From assembly GCA_964489065.1 (NCBI GenBank), contig CAZAXH010000003.1:255104-319103 (forward strand): a stretch of 64,000 nucleotides of DNA. Reading direction: 5' to 3'. The DNA comes from an uncultured Planctomycetales bacterium. Lineage in GTDB: Bacteria > Omnitrophota > Gorgyraeia > Zapsychrales > JANLHA01. This document shows, piece after piece, positions 17,701 to 25,938 of the stretch. The notes under the pieces were generated by a model, which had not been told where the DNA came from, did no database searches, and worked only from the letters and a program-made list of their open reading frames with translations. Position 1 is the stretch's first letter; the number at the start of each line of letters is the position of its first letter. Position numbers and translations under genes: made by a program.

Positions 17701-20700
17701 TGCAGAAAGATTTGAAAGAAGCGAAGAGCCGGAAAGATGAAACACGGAAGGCCACCCAGAAACCTCTGGAAGATAAGATCAAGGAACTGGAAGCCAAGTT
17801 AAAGGATCAGGAAGCCGGGTGGGCCGCGAAGGGCGAGGAGGCAAAAACTCCGCTTGTCGAAAAAATTCAGTCTCTCGAGGACGCTTTGAAAGAGCAGGCG
17901 TCTTCCGTAGAAGCCAGGATTGAAGAAGTAAAAGCCCCGCTGCTTGAACAGGTTCGGGCTTTGGAGCAAAGACTCGCGGAAAAGGAATCCCTTTGGCCGC
18001 GGAAAGAGGATGAAGTCAAGGCTCCTTTGATGGAAGAGATTCAAACCCTTAAGCAGCGTCTTGAAGAAAAGAATTCCGAAACAGACCTCAGAATTGCCGA
18101 GGCACAGTCAGCGTTGAAAGAAAACATAGCGGTTTTGAAAGAAGATTTGCGCGCGGCCCGGGCTGATTCGGAAGCCAGGATTAAGGCCGAACAGGAAATC
18201 AGCCGCCAAGAGGCGGAAAAGATACAGAAGGAATTCAAGGAATACAAAGATACAGAAGCGGAACGTATGGCTCAAGTCAGGCAGCCGTTGGAGAAGAAGA
18301 TTGGAGAGTTGCAGAAAGATTTGAAAGAAGCGAAGAGCCGGAAGGATGAGGCCCGAAAAATCGTTCAGAAACCGCTGGAAGATAAGATTAAGGAGCTTGA
18401 GGCCAGGTTAAAGGATCAGGAAACCGAGTGGGCCGCGAAGGGCGAGGAGGCGCGGGCTCCGCTTGTTGAAAAAATTCAGACGCTTGAGGACGCATTGAAA
18501 GAGCAAGAAGCCGCCATAGAATCCCGGATCGAAGAGGCGAAGGCGCCTTTGCTTGAGCAGTTGCAGGTTTTTGAGAGGAGTTTAACGGAGAAGGAATCCG
18601 GGCTTACCGCTCAAATTGAGGCCGCGCAAGCGCCCTTGAAAGAACAGATTAAAAGTCTCGAGGAAGGGTTGCGGCAAAAGGAGGCAGACGCGGCCTCGAC
18701 GGAAGAGACGGCCCGTTTGGCCCGGGAAGAAGACATCCGTTTGGTTCGGGAAGAAGCGGATGAGCGCCTGAAAGCGGAACAGGAGGCCAGTAAACTCGAG
18801 TTTGAAAAGCTTCAGAAGGAATTTGAAGATTATAAGAACAGTGTTGCAGACATAATGGCCCAGGACAAGCACCCGCTGGAAGAGGCCATAGCGACTTTGC
18901 AGAATGATTTAAAAGAATCTCAGGTCAGGAAAGAAGAAGATATTAAACTCGCTAAAAAACCTTTGGAAGACCGGATTAAAGAACTTGAAAGGGATTTCCG
19001 CAAAAGGGGCGCGGAAATTCAGGAAAAGGTTAAGGAAGCGCAGCGTCCTTTGGAAGAGAATATCGCCCTCCTCAAAAAGGACCTGGAAAATAAAGACAAG
19101 GAGTGGGAGGCCAAGATTGAGGAAGCAAAGTTTCCGTTGGAGGTCAAAGTCCGGGCTTTGGTGCAGAAGTTGGATGAGCGGGATGCGGCGATTTCTCGCG
19201 TGATAAAAAAAGCGAAGGCCCCTCTAGAGAAGCAGGTTGAAACGTTAACAGCGCAGATGGAAGACACGAAGAAGACGGTGGCGCAGCAGGTGGCTCAGGC
19301 TCAGGCGCCGTTGCTTGAAAAGAATGAGGCGTTGAAGAAGCAACTTGAGGAGATGGCCGCCGCAGTTCCCGGCCAAATTGCTGAAGCCAGCAAACCTCTG
19401 CAGGAGAAGATCACTGTTCTTCAAGGCGAATTGGCTGCGGCAAAAGACGCTGTTTCCGGGAAAATCGAAGAAATAAAAGCTCCCTTGCAGGAAAGAATTA
19501 ATTATTTGCTTGAAAAAATGAAAACGGAAGAGGCTCTTTATAAAACTAGCATGAAGGCCGATCAGGAAAAGTTTCAGGAAGAAAAGAATAAGTGGGGAGT
19601 TCAACTGCAAGATAGGGAAGGCATGATTCAGGAGAAAGACCGGGAGATCAAACAGCTGGCGAAAGACAAGGAGGCCATGCTGAGGGAGCTTGAAATTGCC
19701 GGAGAGAAAAGTGCGAAGCTGAATGAGCTGGTGGAAAAAGCCCGTGGGGAGAGCCAGTCCATGCAATCCGATCTTCCTCAGAAAATCGCGGAGGCCCAGA
19801 AGCCGTTGCAGGAGAAAATCGGCGCGCTGGAAGAGGAAAAACGGGCGATGGAGGCTTCTTTCGCGGAAAAAAGCGCTAAGGTCCAATCCGGACTGGAAGC
19901 CCAGATTCAGCAGTTGAAAGATGCGATAAAAGCGAAAGACGCCGGTCTTCCGGCCCTGATGGAAGAGGCCAAGAAGCCGTTACAGGCGGAAATAAACAGA
20001 TTGCAGGACGAGTTAAAAAACACCCATTCTTCTTTGCCGGAGGAAATTGTCAAGGCGAAGCGCCCGCTGGAAGAGAAGGTGGCGTCTCTGGAACAGTCTT
20101 TGGTGGAAAAGGACCGGGGGCTTCAGAGGTATTTGAAGGAAAAAGATGATCTTAATAAAGAGCTTGTAGCCGCATTAAAAGAGAAGACGACTTTAAATGA
20201 ACGTGTGTTAACCCTTGAGAAAGACCTGACGGCTGTGCAGTCTCAATCCCAGAGCGGGGAAGAGCAAGTTCGGAAAGAGTATGCGCAGAAAATAGCGGAC
20301 TTGCAGGCGGCTTTGGCGAAAGCCCAGCAGGCGCTTTCCGAGGCCGTGGCTTCGGCCAAACAGCCTTTCGTTGATAAGCTTGCCGGCCTGGAAGAGGCCC
20401 TGAAGACAAAAGACGAGGAGCTGTCCCGCCGGGTCGCCGAAGCCCGGGAGCCTCTCGAGGCCAAGATCGCCTCTTTGGAGCAGCAATTGAAGGAGCAGGA
20501 GACGGCCGGCTCACAGAATGTTGAACAGGCCCGGGCGCCGCTTTTGGCCCGGGTTGAAGAATTGACGAACGCTTTAAAAGCCAAGGAGTCCTCGTCCCTT
20601 CAACAGGTCCGGGAAGCCAAAATCCCCCTCGAGGAAGAAATCCGGAAGCTGAAAGCGGAACTGAAGCAAAATAATCAGTCATTGCCGAAACAGCTGCAGG

Positions 20701-21752
20701 ATGTTCAGAAGCCGTTGGAGCAGGAAATCGCGGCTTTAAAAAAGCAGATACAAGATAAAGATAAAGAATTCTCCCAGCAGGACGCTGCGTTGAGGAAATC
20801 CGACGCCAGGCTTCAGCAGACATTAAATGAATTGGCGGTCGTTCAGAAAACGGTTTTGGACCTTACCACGCAAAAGACCCAGGTTGAACAGCAGCTTTTG
20901 GAAAAGAGCAAATTCGTGCCTCAGCTAGTGGAGGACGCCAAGCGTCCTCTGGTTGATGAAATCAACCGTCTGAAAGAGGAGAACAAAGCGAAGGAGAACA
21001 GCTTGCCTCAGAAAGTCGCTGAGGCAAGCCGTCCGTTGGAAGAAAAAATCCTTACCCTGGAAAACGATCTGCGGCAGGCACAGTCATCGGTAAAGACACA
21101 AATCGAAGAAGCCCGCAAGCCCCTGGAGCAAAAAGTTGCCGCTTTGGAGAAACAAAATAAAGAAACCGAGGGCACGGTTAAAAGTAAACTGGCTGAGGCG
21201 AAGAAACCGCTGGAGTCCAGGATTAAAGCCTTGGAGGAAGAACTTAAGTCCGCCCAGAAACAGTCAGCCCAGCAGGTGGCGCAGGAAAAAAGCGCCGCCG
21301 ATAAGAAGGTTGCCGATTTGCAGCAACAGCTCGGTGCGCTTCAAAAGATGACGAAGGAAAAGGAGACCGCTATTCAGGATATGGAAAAAGAGCTTGACCG
21401 TATTACGATCAGCCTGTCCGCCGTTCAGCAGGAGAATATTTTCTTGAACAATGAGTTGGCGGAAGCCAAGAAATCTCTTCAAACGATTCAAGGTGATCTG
21501 GAGAATAAATATTCCAGAAAACAGGGCGAACTGGAAGATAAAGTCAGTTTTCTTATGGGCGTTATTGACCAAAAAGACGCCCTTTTGCAGGAACAGGTTA
21601 ATCTGGTGGCGGAGAAAGAAAAGCAGATTTCCGCTCTCACCCGGGAGGCTGATGACCTGGCGAAAGATTACTTTGCAATTCTGGATAAGAATGTATCTTT
21701 AAGCGAACGGCTTGAGAAGCTTGAGAAACAACAGGCGGCTCCGGCTAGGTAA
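14793..21752 (+). CDS. Giant secreted repeat protein of ~2,320 aa, built from apolipoprotein-like proline-punctuated amphipathic helices
   Basis: AGAGAGG RBS; signal peptide (ILTLTVATGAGA); about 60 units of ~29 aa of the form [AE]K.PL.E.I..LE..LKE; no Cys beyond the signal peptide. I prefer the ATG at 14793 over the ORF-track start at 14712, whose extra N-terminus translates the R2 repeat. Confidence 0.85.
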   Translation: MNKHSCRITMIFLCGAILTLTVATGAGAKDNGMSLTEKVENLLRKYETLRDENQEIKNTLEEAEGQVELYKGKFIESEARGGILQKQLETRTQELKEAQAAVKDKEGTVIQEDEARAELEETIVELKEESRRREETIRALEKKLRDTEASQESLAEKTAFEREAAVLKRENESLKEDIRSLEQKLQQADTALNDNISAAQLALKKEIKELNGELQLKGAFIRDGEFQIESLKNENGRLVKEAEDLQARIQELTARHDKKEDSVARKIELAREPLQKKINDLQDQLEALQAEVPRKIEEGRRPLLSEVEELRDENEALKKSMEEKVSRVEEPLQRENEELKARLREGEEALAQESRRTEQLVEEKIGAIKKQLEGTEASLEEKDREILSLKAELEKGGQLAAAAEGEKQKIIKDAKDQERNLRQQVAALEKDLKAAEKKESAKSVREKENLRKENADLQARIQSLESSIPEKVGQAKKPLMERIDSLLADMEQAQKKMDAEVQQVREALEEKVSALEEDLRQERERKNDSTAAQEDTLRKKIAELEQQLKEADTVAAEKVAASQALWQDKIAALEQQLADQKAALPGQINQAKRVADEEVKLLKAQLREKDLTLSAQEESLKKNHEVKLQRWQKDLKSAQDKVKNQEAEIRGKETALEQATRELEAVRARSESYQKDMAALRDQLKNREQQTDQIVQERTANYQARIAELEGELKKIREDSEARLAGVMDKNEQEMERLREQMKAKEDTISERIARAKQPLEEEIRGLNKELRAKKNAGQEDSQAAQKLLEDRIKELEEQLQKTENALNQQVEEAKEPLIEKIHALEEAIKNAGAAASAKVESEKAPLVEQIRVLEERLSEKNALWPEKMEAEKAPLRERIQALENRLKEKDIELKVKVEEAQSSLNTEIVKLKEDLNATRKEHEARLKEEQRAQKEVVEQIRKDFEDYKNSEPDRIAAAKQPLEAKVGELQKDLKEAKSRKDETRKATQKPLEDKIKELEAKLKDQEAGWAAKGEEAKTPLVEKIQSLEDALKEQASSVEARIEEVKAPLLEQVRALEQRLAEKESLWPRKEDEVKAPLMEEIQTLKQRLEEKNSETDLRIAEAQSALKENIAVLKEDLRAARADSEARIKAEQEISRQEAEKIQKEFKEYKDTEAERMAQVRQPLEKKIGELQKDLKEAKSRKDEARKIVQKPLEDKIKELEARLKDQETEWAAKGEEARAPLVEKIQTLEDALKEQEAAIESRIEEAKAPLLEQLQVFERSLTEKESGLTAQIEAAQAPLKEQIKSLEEGLRQKEADAASTEETARLAREEDIRLVREEADERLKAEQEASKLEFEKLQKEFEDYKNSVADIMAQDKHPLEEAIATLQNDLKESQVRKEEDIKLAKKPLEDRIKELERDFRKRGAEIQEKVKEAQRPLEENIALLKKDLENKDKEWEAKIEEAKFPLEVKVRALVQKLDERDAAISRVIKKAKAPLEKQVETLTAQMEDTKKTVAQQVAQAQAPLLEKNEALKKQLEEMAAAVPGQIAEASKPLQEKITVLQGELAAAKDAVSGKIEEIKAPLQERINYLLEKMKTEEALYKTSMKADQEKFQEEKNKWGVQLQDREGMIQEKDREIKQLAKDKEAMLRELEIAGEKSAKLNELVEKARGESQSMQSDLPQKIAEAQKPLQEKIGALEEEKRAMEASFAEKSAKVQSGLEAQIQQLKDAIKAKDAGLPALMEEAKKPLQAEINRLQDELKNTHSSLPEEIVKAKRPLEEKVASLEQSLVEKDRGLQRYLKEKDDLNKELVAALKEKTTLNERVLTLEKDLTAVQSQSQSGEEQVRKEYAQKIADLQAALAKAQQALSEAVASAKQPFVDKLAGLEEALKTKDEELSRRVAEAREPLEAKIASLEQQLKEQETAGSQNVEQARAPLLARVEELTNALKAKESSSLQQVREAKIPLEEEIRKLKAELKQNNQSLPKQLQDVQKPLEQEIAALKKQIQDKDKEFSQQDAALRKSDARLQQTLNELAVVQKTVLDLTTQKTQVEQQLLEKSKFVPQLVEDAKRPLVDEINRLKEENKAKENSLPQKVAEASRPLEEKILTLENDLRQAQSSVKTQIEEARKPLEQKVAALEKQNKETEGTVKSKLAEAKKPLESRIKALEEELKSAQKQSAQQVAQEKSAADKKVADLQQQLGALQKMTKEKETAIQDMEKELDRITISLSAVQQENIFLNNELAEAKKSLQTIQGDLENKYSRKQGELEDKVSFLMGVIDQKDALLQEQVNLVAEKEKQISALTREADDLAKDYFAILDKNVSLSERLEKLEKQQAAPAR

Positions 21753-21773
21753 CATGAACAGGATAAGGAGATT

Positions 21774-22955
21774 ATGCAATATTTTGATTTAAGACAGAGA
21801 GACTGTTTGGCGGTCCCGTTCGTTTTTATGGTATGTCTGACAGGCCTCGGGGCCGGGGCCGTTTTGGCTGAAACCGGAGACGGGCAGCCCTTTTCATACC
21901 GCCGGGAATTGATCAACAAGGAGTTGTCTCAACAGGAAATATTAGGCGTTGAATCCGGGGACAAAAATACGGGAGCGGCGGCTGATATGGGCTCCTCTTC
22001 TCTCCGTTCTCCTGGGGAGGCCGGGACAGCCGCGGCCGGAGGTTTCCAGGAATCGGGACGAAAACCGCCTCGTCTTTCCCTGGAAAAGGATAAGGCGGTT
22101 ACGCAAGCTATGAACCGTGTTGAAATGGGGCTGGAGAGTTTTGGGTTCAGTTACAATGAACCCGGAGTTATGAAAGATCGAGGGGTCCTGACGGGTGTTT
22201 ACGGGATTTACACGCATTGGATTTCGGACAACCGGCATATCAAGACGCTGAAAGACGCCTGGCACGATAAACTGAAAGTTAATAAGTTTTCTTTTGAAGG
22301 CCGTTTTGCCGGAGGGGACGTGAATTATAAGTCTGAAGAAACCGGGACGCGGGACGGGTTGAATTTTTATACGTTTGAACTCCGAGGGCTTTTGGCTTAT
22401 GAGATGCCGATCATTCCCTCCGGGGCCATTACGCCGTTTTTCGGGGTGGGGTTCCGTTATCTTAGAGACGACGGAGGCGGCAAGGTCAGCTCAACGAATC
22501 ATTGGTTTTATGACCGGGAAAGCCGGTATTTTTACCTGCCTATCGGGGTTGAAGTCACCCGTCAGTTGAAGAACCGCTGGTCGGTCGGCCTGACCTGCGA
22601 ATATGACATTTTTCTTGTGGGGAAGCAAAAGAGCCACCTTGAGGACGGCGGGGCAACAGTGCTTTCCTCCAGCGATGGGCAGCTATATGTTTTGGATACG
22701 CTGGAGAATGACCAGGAAGAGGGGTTCGGGTTGAGAGGGTCCCTTAAATTTACGAAAAGCCATGATAAATGGGATTTCGTTTTCGAACCGTTTGTGCGTT
22801 ACTGGGCGCTGAAAGATTCCCAACTGGCACAGTGGACCTCCAACAGCGGCAGTATTTTATGGTATTATGACCCGGCCCGGGAGTATCCTGTTTACGGGTA
22901 TGAACCGGAAAACAATACTACGGAATACGGGGTGCGGGTGGGTTTTTATTATTGA
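21774..22955 (+). CDS. Putative outer-membrane beta-barrel protein, co-transcribed with the giant gene
   Basis: Signal peptide, a Gly/Ala/Ser-rich linker, then about 280 aa of alternating hydrophobic dyads (WSVGLTCEYDIFLV, FGLRGSLKFT, WDFVFEPFVRYWAL) ending in an aromatic C-terminus (VGFYY). Starts 22 nt after the giant ORF, with a GGAG RBS. Confidence 0.55.
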   Translation: MQYFDLRQRDCLAVPFVFMVCLTGLGAGAVLAETGDGQPFSYRRELINKELSQQEILGVESGDKNTGAAADMGSSSLRSPGEAGTAAAGGFQESGRKPPRLSLEKDKAVTQAMNRVEMGLESFGFSYNEPGVMKDRGVLTGVYGIYTHWISDNRHIKTLKDAWHDKLKVNKFSFEGRFAGGDVNYKSEETGTRDGLNFYTFELRGLLAYEMPIIPSGAITPFFGVGFRYLRDDGGGKVSSTNHWFYDRESRYFYLPIGVEVTRQLKNRWSVGLTCEYDIFLVGKQKSHLEDGGATVLSSSDGQLYVLDTLENDQEEGFGLRGSLKFTKSHDKWDFVFEPFVRYWALKDSQLAQWTSNSGSILWYYDPAREYPVYGYEPENNTTEYGVRVGFYY

Positions 22956-22992
22956 ACGTTGGTTTGATATAAAGAGAATCTGTTGCACATAT

Positions 22993-23130
22993 TTTTATCT
23001 GCCTTCGCCGGAGACCGATGATGAACGCGAGAGGATGGGCCCTTCTGCTCCGGGATGTCCGCACGTATGTTAAGAAGTCATATCCTTCCGCGAAGGGAAC
23101 AGGTAGCATAGGCACCGCGCTTATGGCACG
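22993..23130 (+). repeat. R1 intergenic repeat, copy d
   Basis: CTGCCTTCGCCGGAGACC...CGGGATGTCCGCACGTATGTTAAGAAG...CTTCCGCGAAGGGAAC...CCGCGCTTATGGCACGG. Confidence 0.55.
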
Positions 23131-23215
23131 GCGTTCCATCAGAATGCCTCAGCGAAACGATCTTTGGGCTTTCACTTGTTTCTCAATATGATTTACGTTA
23201 CAATAAGCATCCGAA

Positions 23216-23710
23216 ATGACGCAACCGTTGAGTAAAAAGGAGCAACACCATCGGTTTATGCGCCGGGCGATTCAGCGTGCCCGGGAAGGCTTGCGGTCCG
23301 GGCAGACGCCTTTTGGGGCCTGTATCGTTCGTCAGGGCTGTGTCATCAGTTGTGAGCATAACGGAGTTTGGAAAGGCACGGATATTACCGCGCATGCCGA
23401 GATCTGCGCTATCCGTCTGGCCTGCAAAAACCTACGGACTATTGACCTGTCAGAGTGCGTGATTTATTCGACCTGTGAGCCGTGTCCCATGTGTTTCAGT
23501 GCGTGCCATTGGGCCAGGATTCCGGTGATTTATTTTGGCGCCAGAATCCGTGATGCGCAAAAGATTGGGTTTAATGAACTCACAGTATCAAACCGGCAAA
23601 TGAAAAAATTCGGCAGCAGCCGCATCAAGATAGTGCCGAATGTTTTAAGGCGGGAGAATCTCCGGCTGTTTCAGGAATGGCATGGCCTGGAGAAAAAACG
23701 GGGTTATTAA
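23216..23710 (+). CDS. Nucleoside/nucleotide deaminase (CDA fold, TadA/guanine-deaminase-like)
   Basis: Zinc-binding signatures HAEICAIR and CEPCPMC (H[AC]E...PCxxC). Confidence 0.8.
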   Translation: MTQPLSKKEQHHRFMRRAIQRAREGLRSGQTPFGACIVRQGCVISCEHNGVWKGTDITAHAEICAIRLACKNLRTIDLSECVIYSTCEPCPMCFSACHWARIPVIYFGARIRDAQKIGFNELTVSNRQMKKFGSSRIKIVPNVLRRENLRLFQEWHGLEKKRGY

Positions 23711-23723
23711 TGAGGAGGCGGAG

Positions 23724-24320
23724 ATGAAACGGAACCCCCGGGGTGTTCGTGCGTTGGCGTGTTTTTTTTTCCTGCTGGGAGTCCTTTGGCTGGTGACGAT
23801 TTACAGCCGCTGTCAGGTCATTTCCCTGCGGACCGGGGGGCTTTCTTCCGGGACGACGGGATATCATTTTATCAAAACGGCCGGTATGTTCACGGGCTGC
23901 TCTTCCGGCGTCCTGCCGTCCAGCCTGCTTTTTTTCTGGGCGCTGGCCGCCCTGGAAATGATGTGCAGTTTTCTTTATATGATCAGCGGCTTTGCCCTGC
24001 TACGCGGATACAAGTTTTGTTTTCGCCTGGGCCGCAGTGCGCTGTGGTTGGATTTGTTTTTTAAGGCCTCGACGGCCGCGTATATGTTTGGAATCGCCGT
24101 GCCGCTGCAAAATGCCCTGAAGAATAAACAGAATGTCCTGCTAAATTATTTTACGCCGGACCGAAGCGTTTTTTCCGATTCCTCCGCATTTTTTTCCGGA
24201 CTGCGGTTTTATTACCCGGCGTTGAATTTTTCTTTAATTATATTTTTTATGTATTTTTTGTTTACTTATATTTTTGTAAAACAGCGCATGGAAGAAACGG
24301 CCGAAAGCCGGCGCGATTAA
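23724..24320 (+). CDS. Hypothetical polytopic membrane protein
   Basis: Hydrophobic helices throughout. I use the ATG (MKRNPRGV) after the upstream gene's stop rather than the ORF-track start. Confidence 0.5.
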   Translation: MKRNPRGVRALACFFFLLGVLWLVTIYSRCQVISLRTGGLSSGTTGYHFIKTAGMFTGCSSGVLPSSLLFFWALAALEMMCSFLYMISGFALLRGYKFCFRLGRSALWLDLFFKASTAAYMFGIAVPLQNALKNKQNVLLNYFTPDRSVFSDSSAFFSGLRFYYPALNFSLIIFFMYFLFTYIFVKQRMEETAESRRD

Positions 24321-24328
24321 AGGGGCGG

Positions 24329-24487
24329 GTTATTCGCCTTCGCAGAAGGCCGCGGGCATGCCTGTGGAGGAAGGCGAGAGGTTCATAAAGTTTTCTGTTT
24401 CTGGATGCTCACCCGCATGTTAAGATGCCGGGGCATTCCGCGAAACGACTTGTTAGTAGGGAGCCACGCTCATCGGCGTGGGCTTCC
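24329..24487 (+). repeat. R1 intergenic repeat, copy e
   Basis: TTATTCGCCTTCGCAGAAGGCCGCGGGCATGCCTGTGGAGGAAGGCGAGAGGTTCATAAAG...CACCCGCATGTTAAGATG...CATTCCGCGAAACGACTTGTTAG...CCACGCTCATCGGCGTGG. Confidence 0.6.
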
Positions 24488-24503
24488 TTTAAAGGAGGGA
24501 GAC

Positions 24504-24920
24504 GTGAACAAAAGAGCGGTTTTAAGTCTTTTTCTGTTAACTTGCTGGGGCTGTGCAACAACGGGGCAGCAACCCTATAGCCAGATTAACCTGGCCTCCC
24601 GCCGGTTTTTGAGCCTCCGGCAGATTTACGTCGGCATGACCCGTCAGGAAGTTGCGGGCGTGTTGGGGAACCAGGTGATCGTCGGGTACGAAATCCACGA
24701 TGAAGAGACCGGTCAGTATACGCCTATGACCGTTAAGAACCCGTATCGTCAGGAGCAGGTTGCCGAGGGCGACAAGGTCTATGAAATTGATTATTATTTC
24801 GTCGGGATCAATGCGGCGGACGGCCAGATTACCGATGATGAGCTAGCCCCGCTGGTTTTTGTGAAGGATCAATTGATGGGGTACGGCTGGGAGTATTTAA
24901 ATAAAAAGGTGAAGAAATAG
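24504..24920 (+). CDS. SmpA/OmlA (BamE-like) lipoprotein
   Basis: GTG start 4 nt after an AAAGGAGGGA RBS. The lipobox-like LLTCWGC plus IYVGMTRQEVAGVLG resembles the BamE/SmpA_OmlA signature. The ORF-track start at 24405 lies inside repeat R1-e. Confidence 0.55.
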   Translation: MNKRAVLSLFLLTCWGCATTGQQPYSQINLASRRFLSLRQIYVGMTRQEVAGVLGNQVIVGYEIHDEETGQYTPMTVKNPYRQEQVAEGDKVYEIDYYFVGINAADGQITDDELAPLVFVKDQLMGYGWEYLNKKVKK

Positions 24921-24957
24921 CCTCACGAAGGAAACCCCCGGGGGCAGGTTTGGCTGT

Positions 24958-25938
24958 ATGGCGCGTAAGAAATTTAAAGACATTGCGATTGAGAATTTTA
25001 TCCTGCATTATCAGCACCAGAGGCCTATCGATTGGACGGCGCAGTTTAACCGCCAGGCCCCGTTGGACCTTGAAATCGGGTTTGGGCTTGGGGAATTTCT
25101 CCTGTCTCAATCCCGGGGCGTTCCTGAGCGGAATTATGTCGGTATTGAGCTTGATTGGCAAAGGATTAAAAAAACGCTGCATAGAATCTGGGTTGCCCGC
25201 CAAGCCGCAGGAGAGAATCCCTTCCCGGATAATATCCGTATTTTACAAGTTGAGGCAGACGTCGCCTTGAGGCGGCTGTTTGCTCCGCAAAGCCTTCACC
25301 GGGTGTATTGTCTTTTTCCCTGCCCCTGGCCGAAGAAAGGCCATATAAAATATCGGTTGTTTTCCCGGCCTTTTTGCCAGGTCCTGAATAACCGGCTGAT
25401 TGAAAGCGGATTTGTCCAGATCGTAACGGATTATGAGCCGTATTTTAAGTGGCTCCAGGAAGAAGTCTTTGATTCTGGGTTTAGGATTGAGGCGAGAACC
25501 ATCAGCCCGCGTTTTAACACGAAATTTGAGCGGAAGTGGACGGAGGAAGGGCAGGAGAATTTTTTTGAACTGGTTTTGCATAAAGAAAAGCATATTGATG
25601 TCCCGCAGGAGGAGGATGTTCCCTTGACGGTGTATTTTGCAGACGATTTTATCCCGGACAGGTTTCTTTTTCCTGACCGGATCGGGCACCCGTCTGTTGT
25701 TCAGAAAGAGTTTCTTTCTGACCCTCAAAGGAAGAAAGCGATGGTGCATCTGGTCGTCGCCGAGGAGCACCTTACCCAGCATGTCTGGATCGCTGTCGCC
25801 AAGAGCCGGCGCGGCTGGTGCATTGCGGTCGCTCCGGGGCAAACGGTGCTCCCCACCCCGGGGGTTGCCCTCGCTGTTCAGATGACGGCGGACGCGGTGA
25901 AGAAAAGCGCTCAGGAGAATGAGGTCACGCATGGATAA
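24958..25938 (+). CDS. trmB: tRNA (guanine46-N7)-methyltransferase with a ~100-aa C-terminal extension
   Basis: LDLEIGFGLGEFL SAM motif and the TrmB signature FPCPWPKKGH (cf. FPDPWPKKRH). 326 aa versus the ~230 aa I would expect. Confidence 0.8.
   Translation: MARKKFKDIAIENFILHYQHQRPIDWTAQFNRQAPLDLEIGFGLGEFLLSQSRGVPERNYVGIELDWQRIKKTLHRIWVARQAAGENPFPDNIRILQVEADVALRRLFAPQSLHRVYCLFPCPWPKKGHIKYRLFSRPFCQVLNNRLIESGFVQIVTDYEPYFKWLQEEVFDSGFRIEARTISPRFNTKFERKWTEEGQENFFELVLHKEKHIDVPQEEDVPLTVYFADDFIPDRFLFPDRIGHPSVVQKEFLSDPQRKKAMVHLVVAEEHLTQHVWIAVAKSRRGWCIAVAPGQTVLPTPGVALAVQMTADAVKKSAQENEVTHG

Noticed and set aside
15312-21572. Many antisense and alternate-frame ORFs inside the giant gene (e.g. 15641-16027, 16024-16476, 16401-16880, 19245-19886, 20152-20823)
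   Set aside because: They are low-complexity translations of a GA-rich repetitive coding strand, they overlap a far longer ORF that has a signal peptide and a coherent repeat architecture, and they have no RBS.
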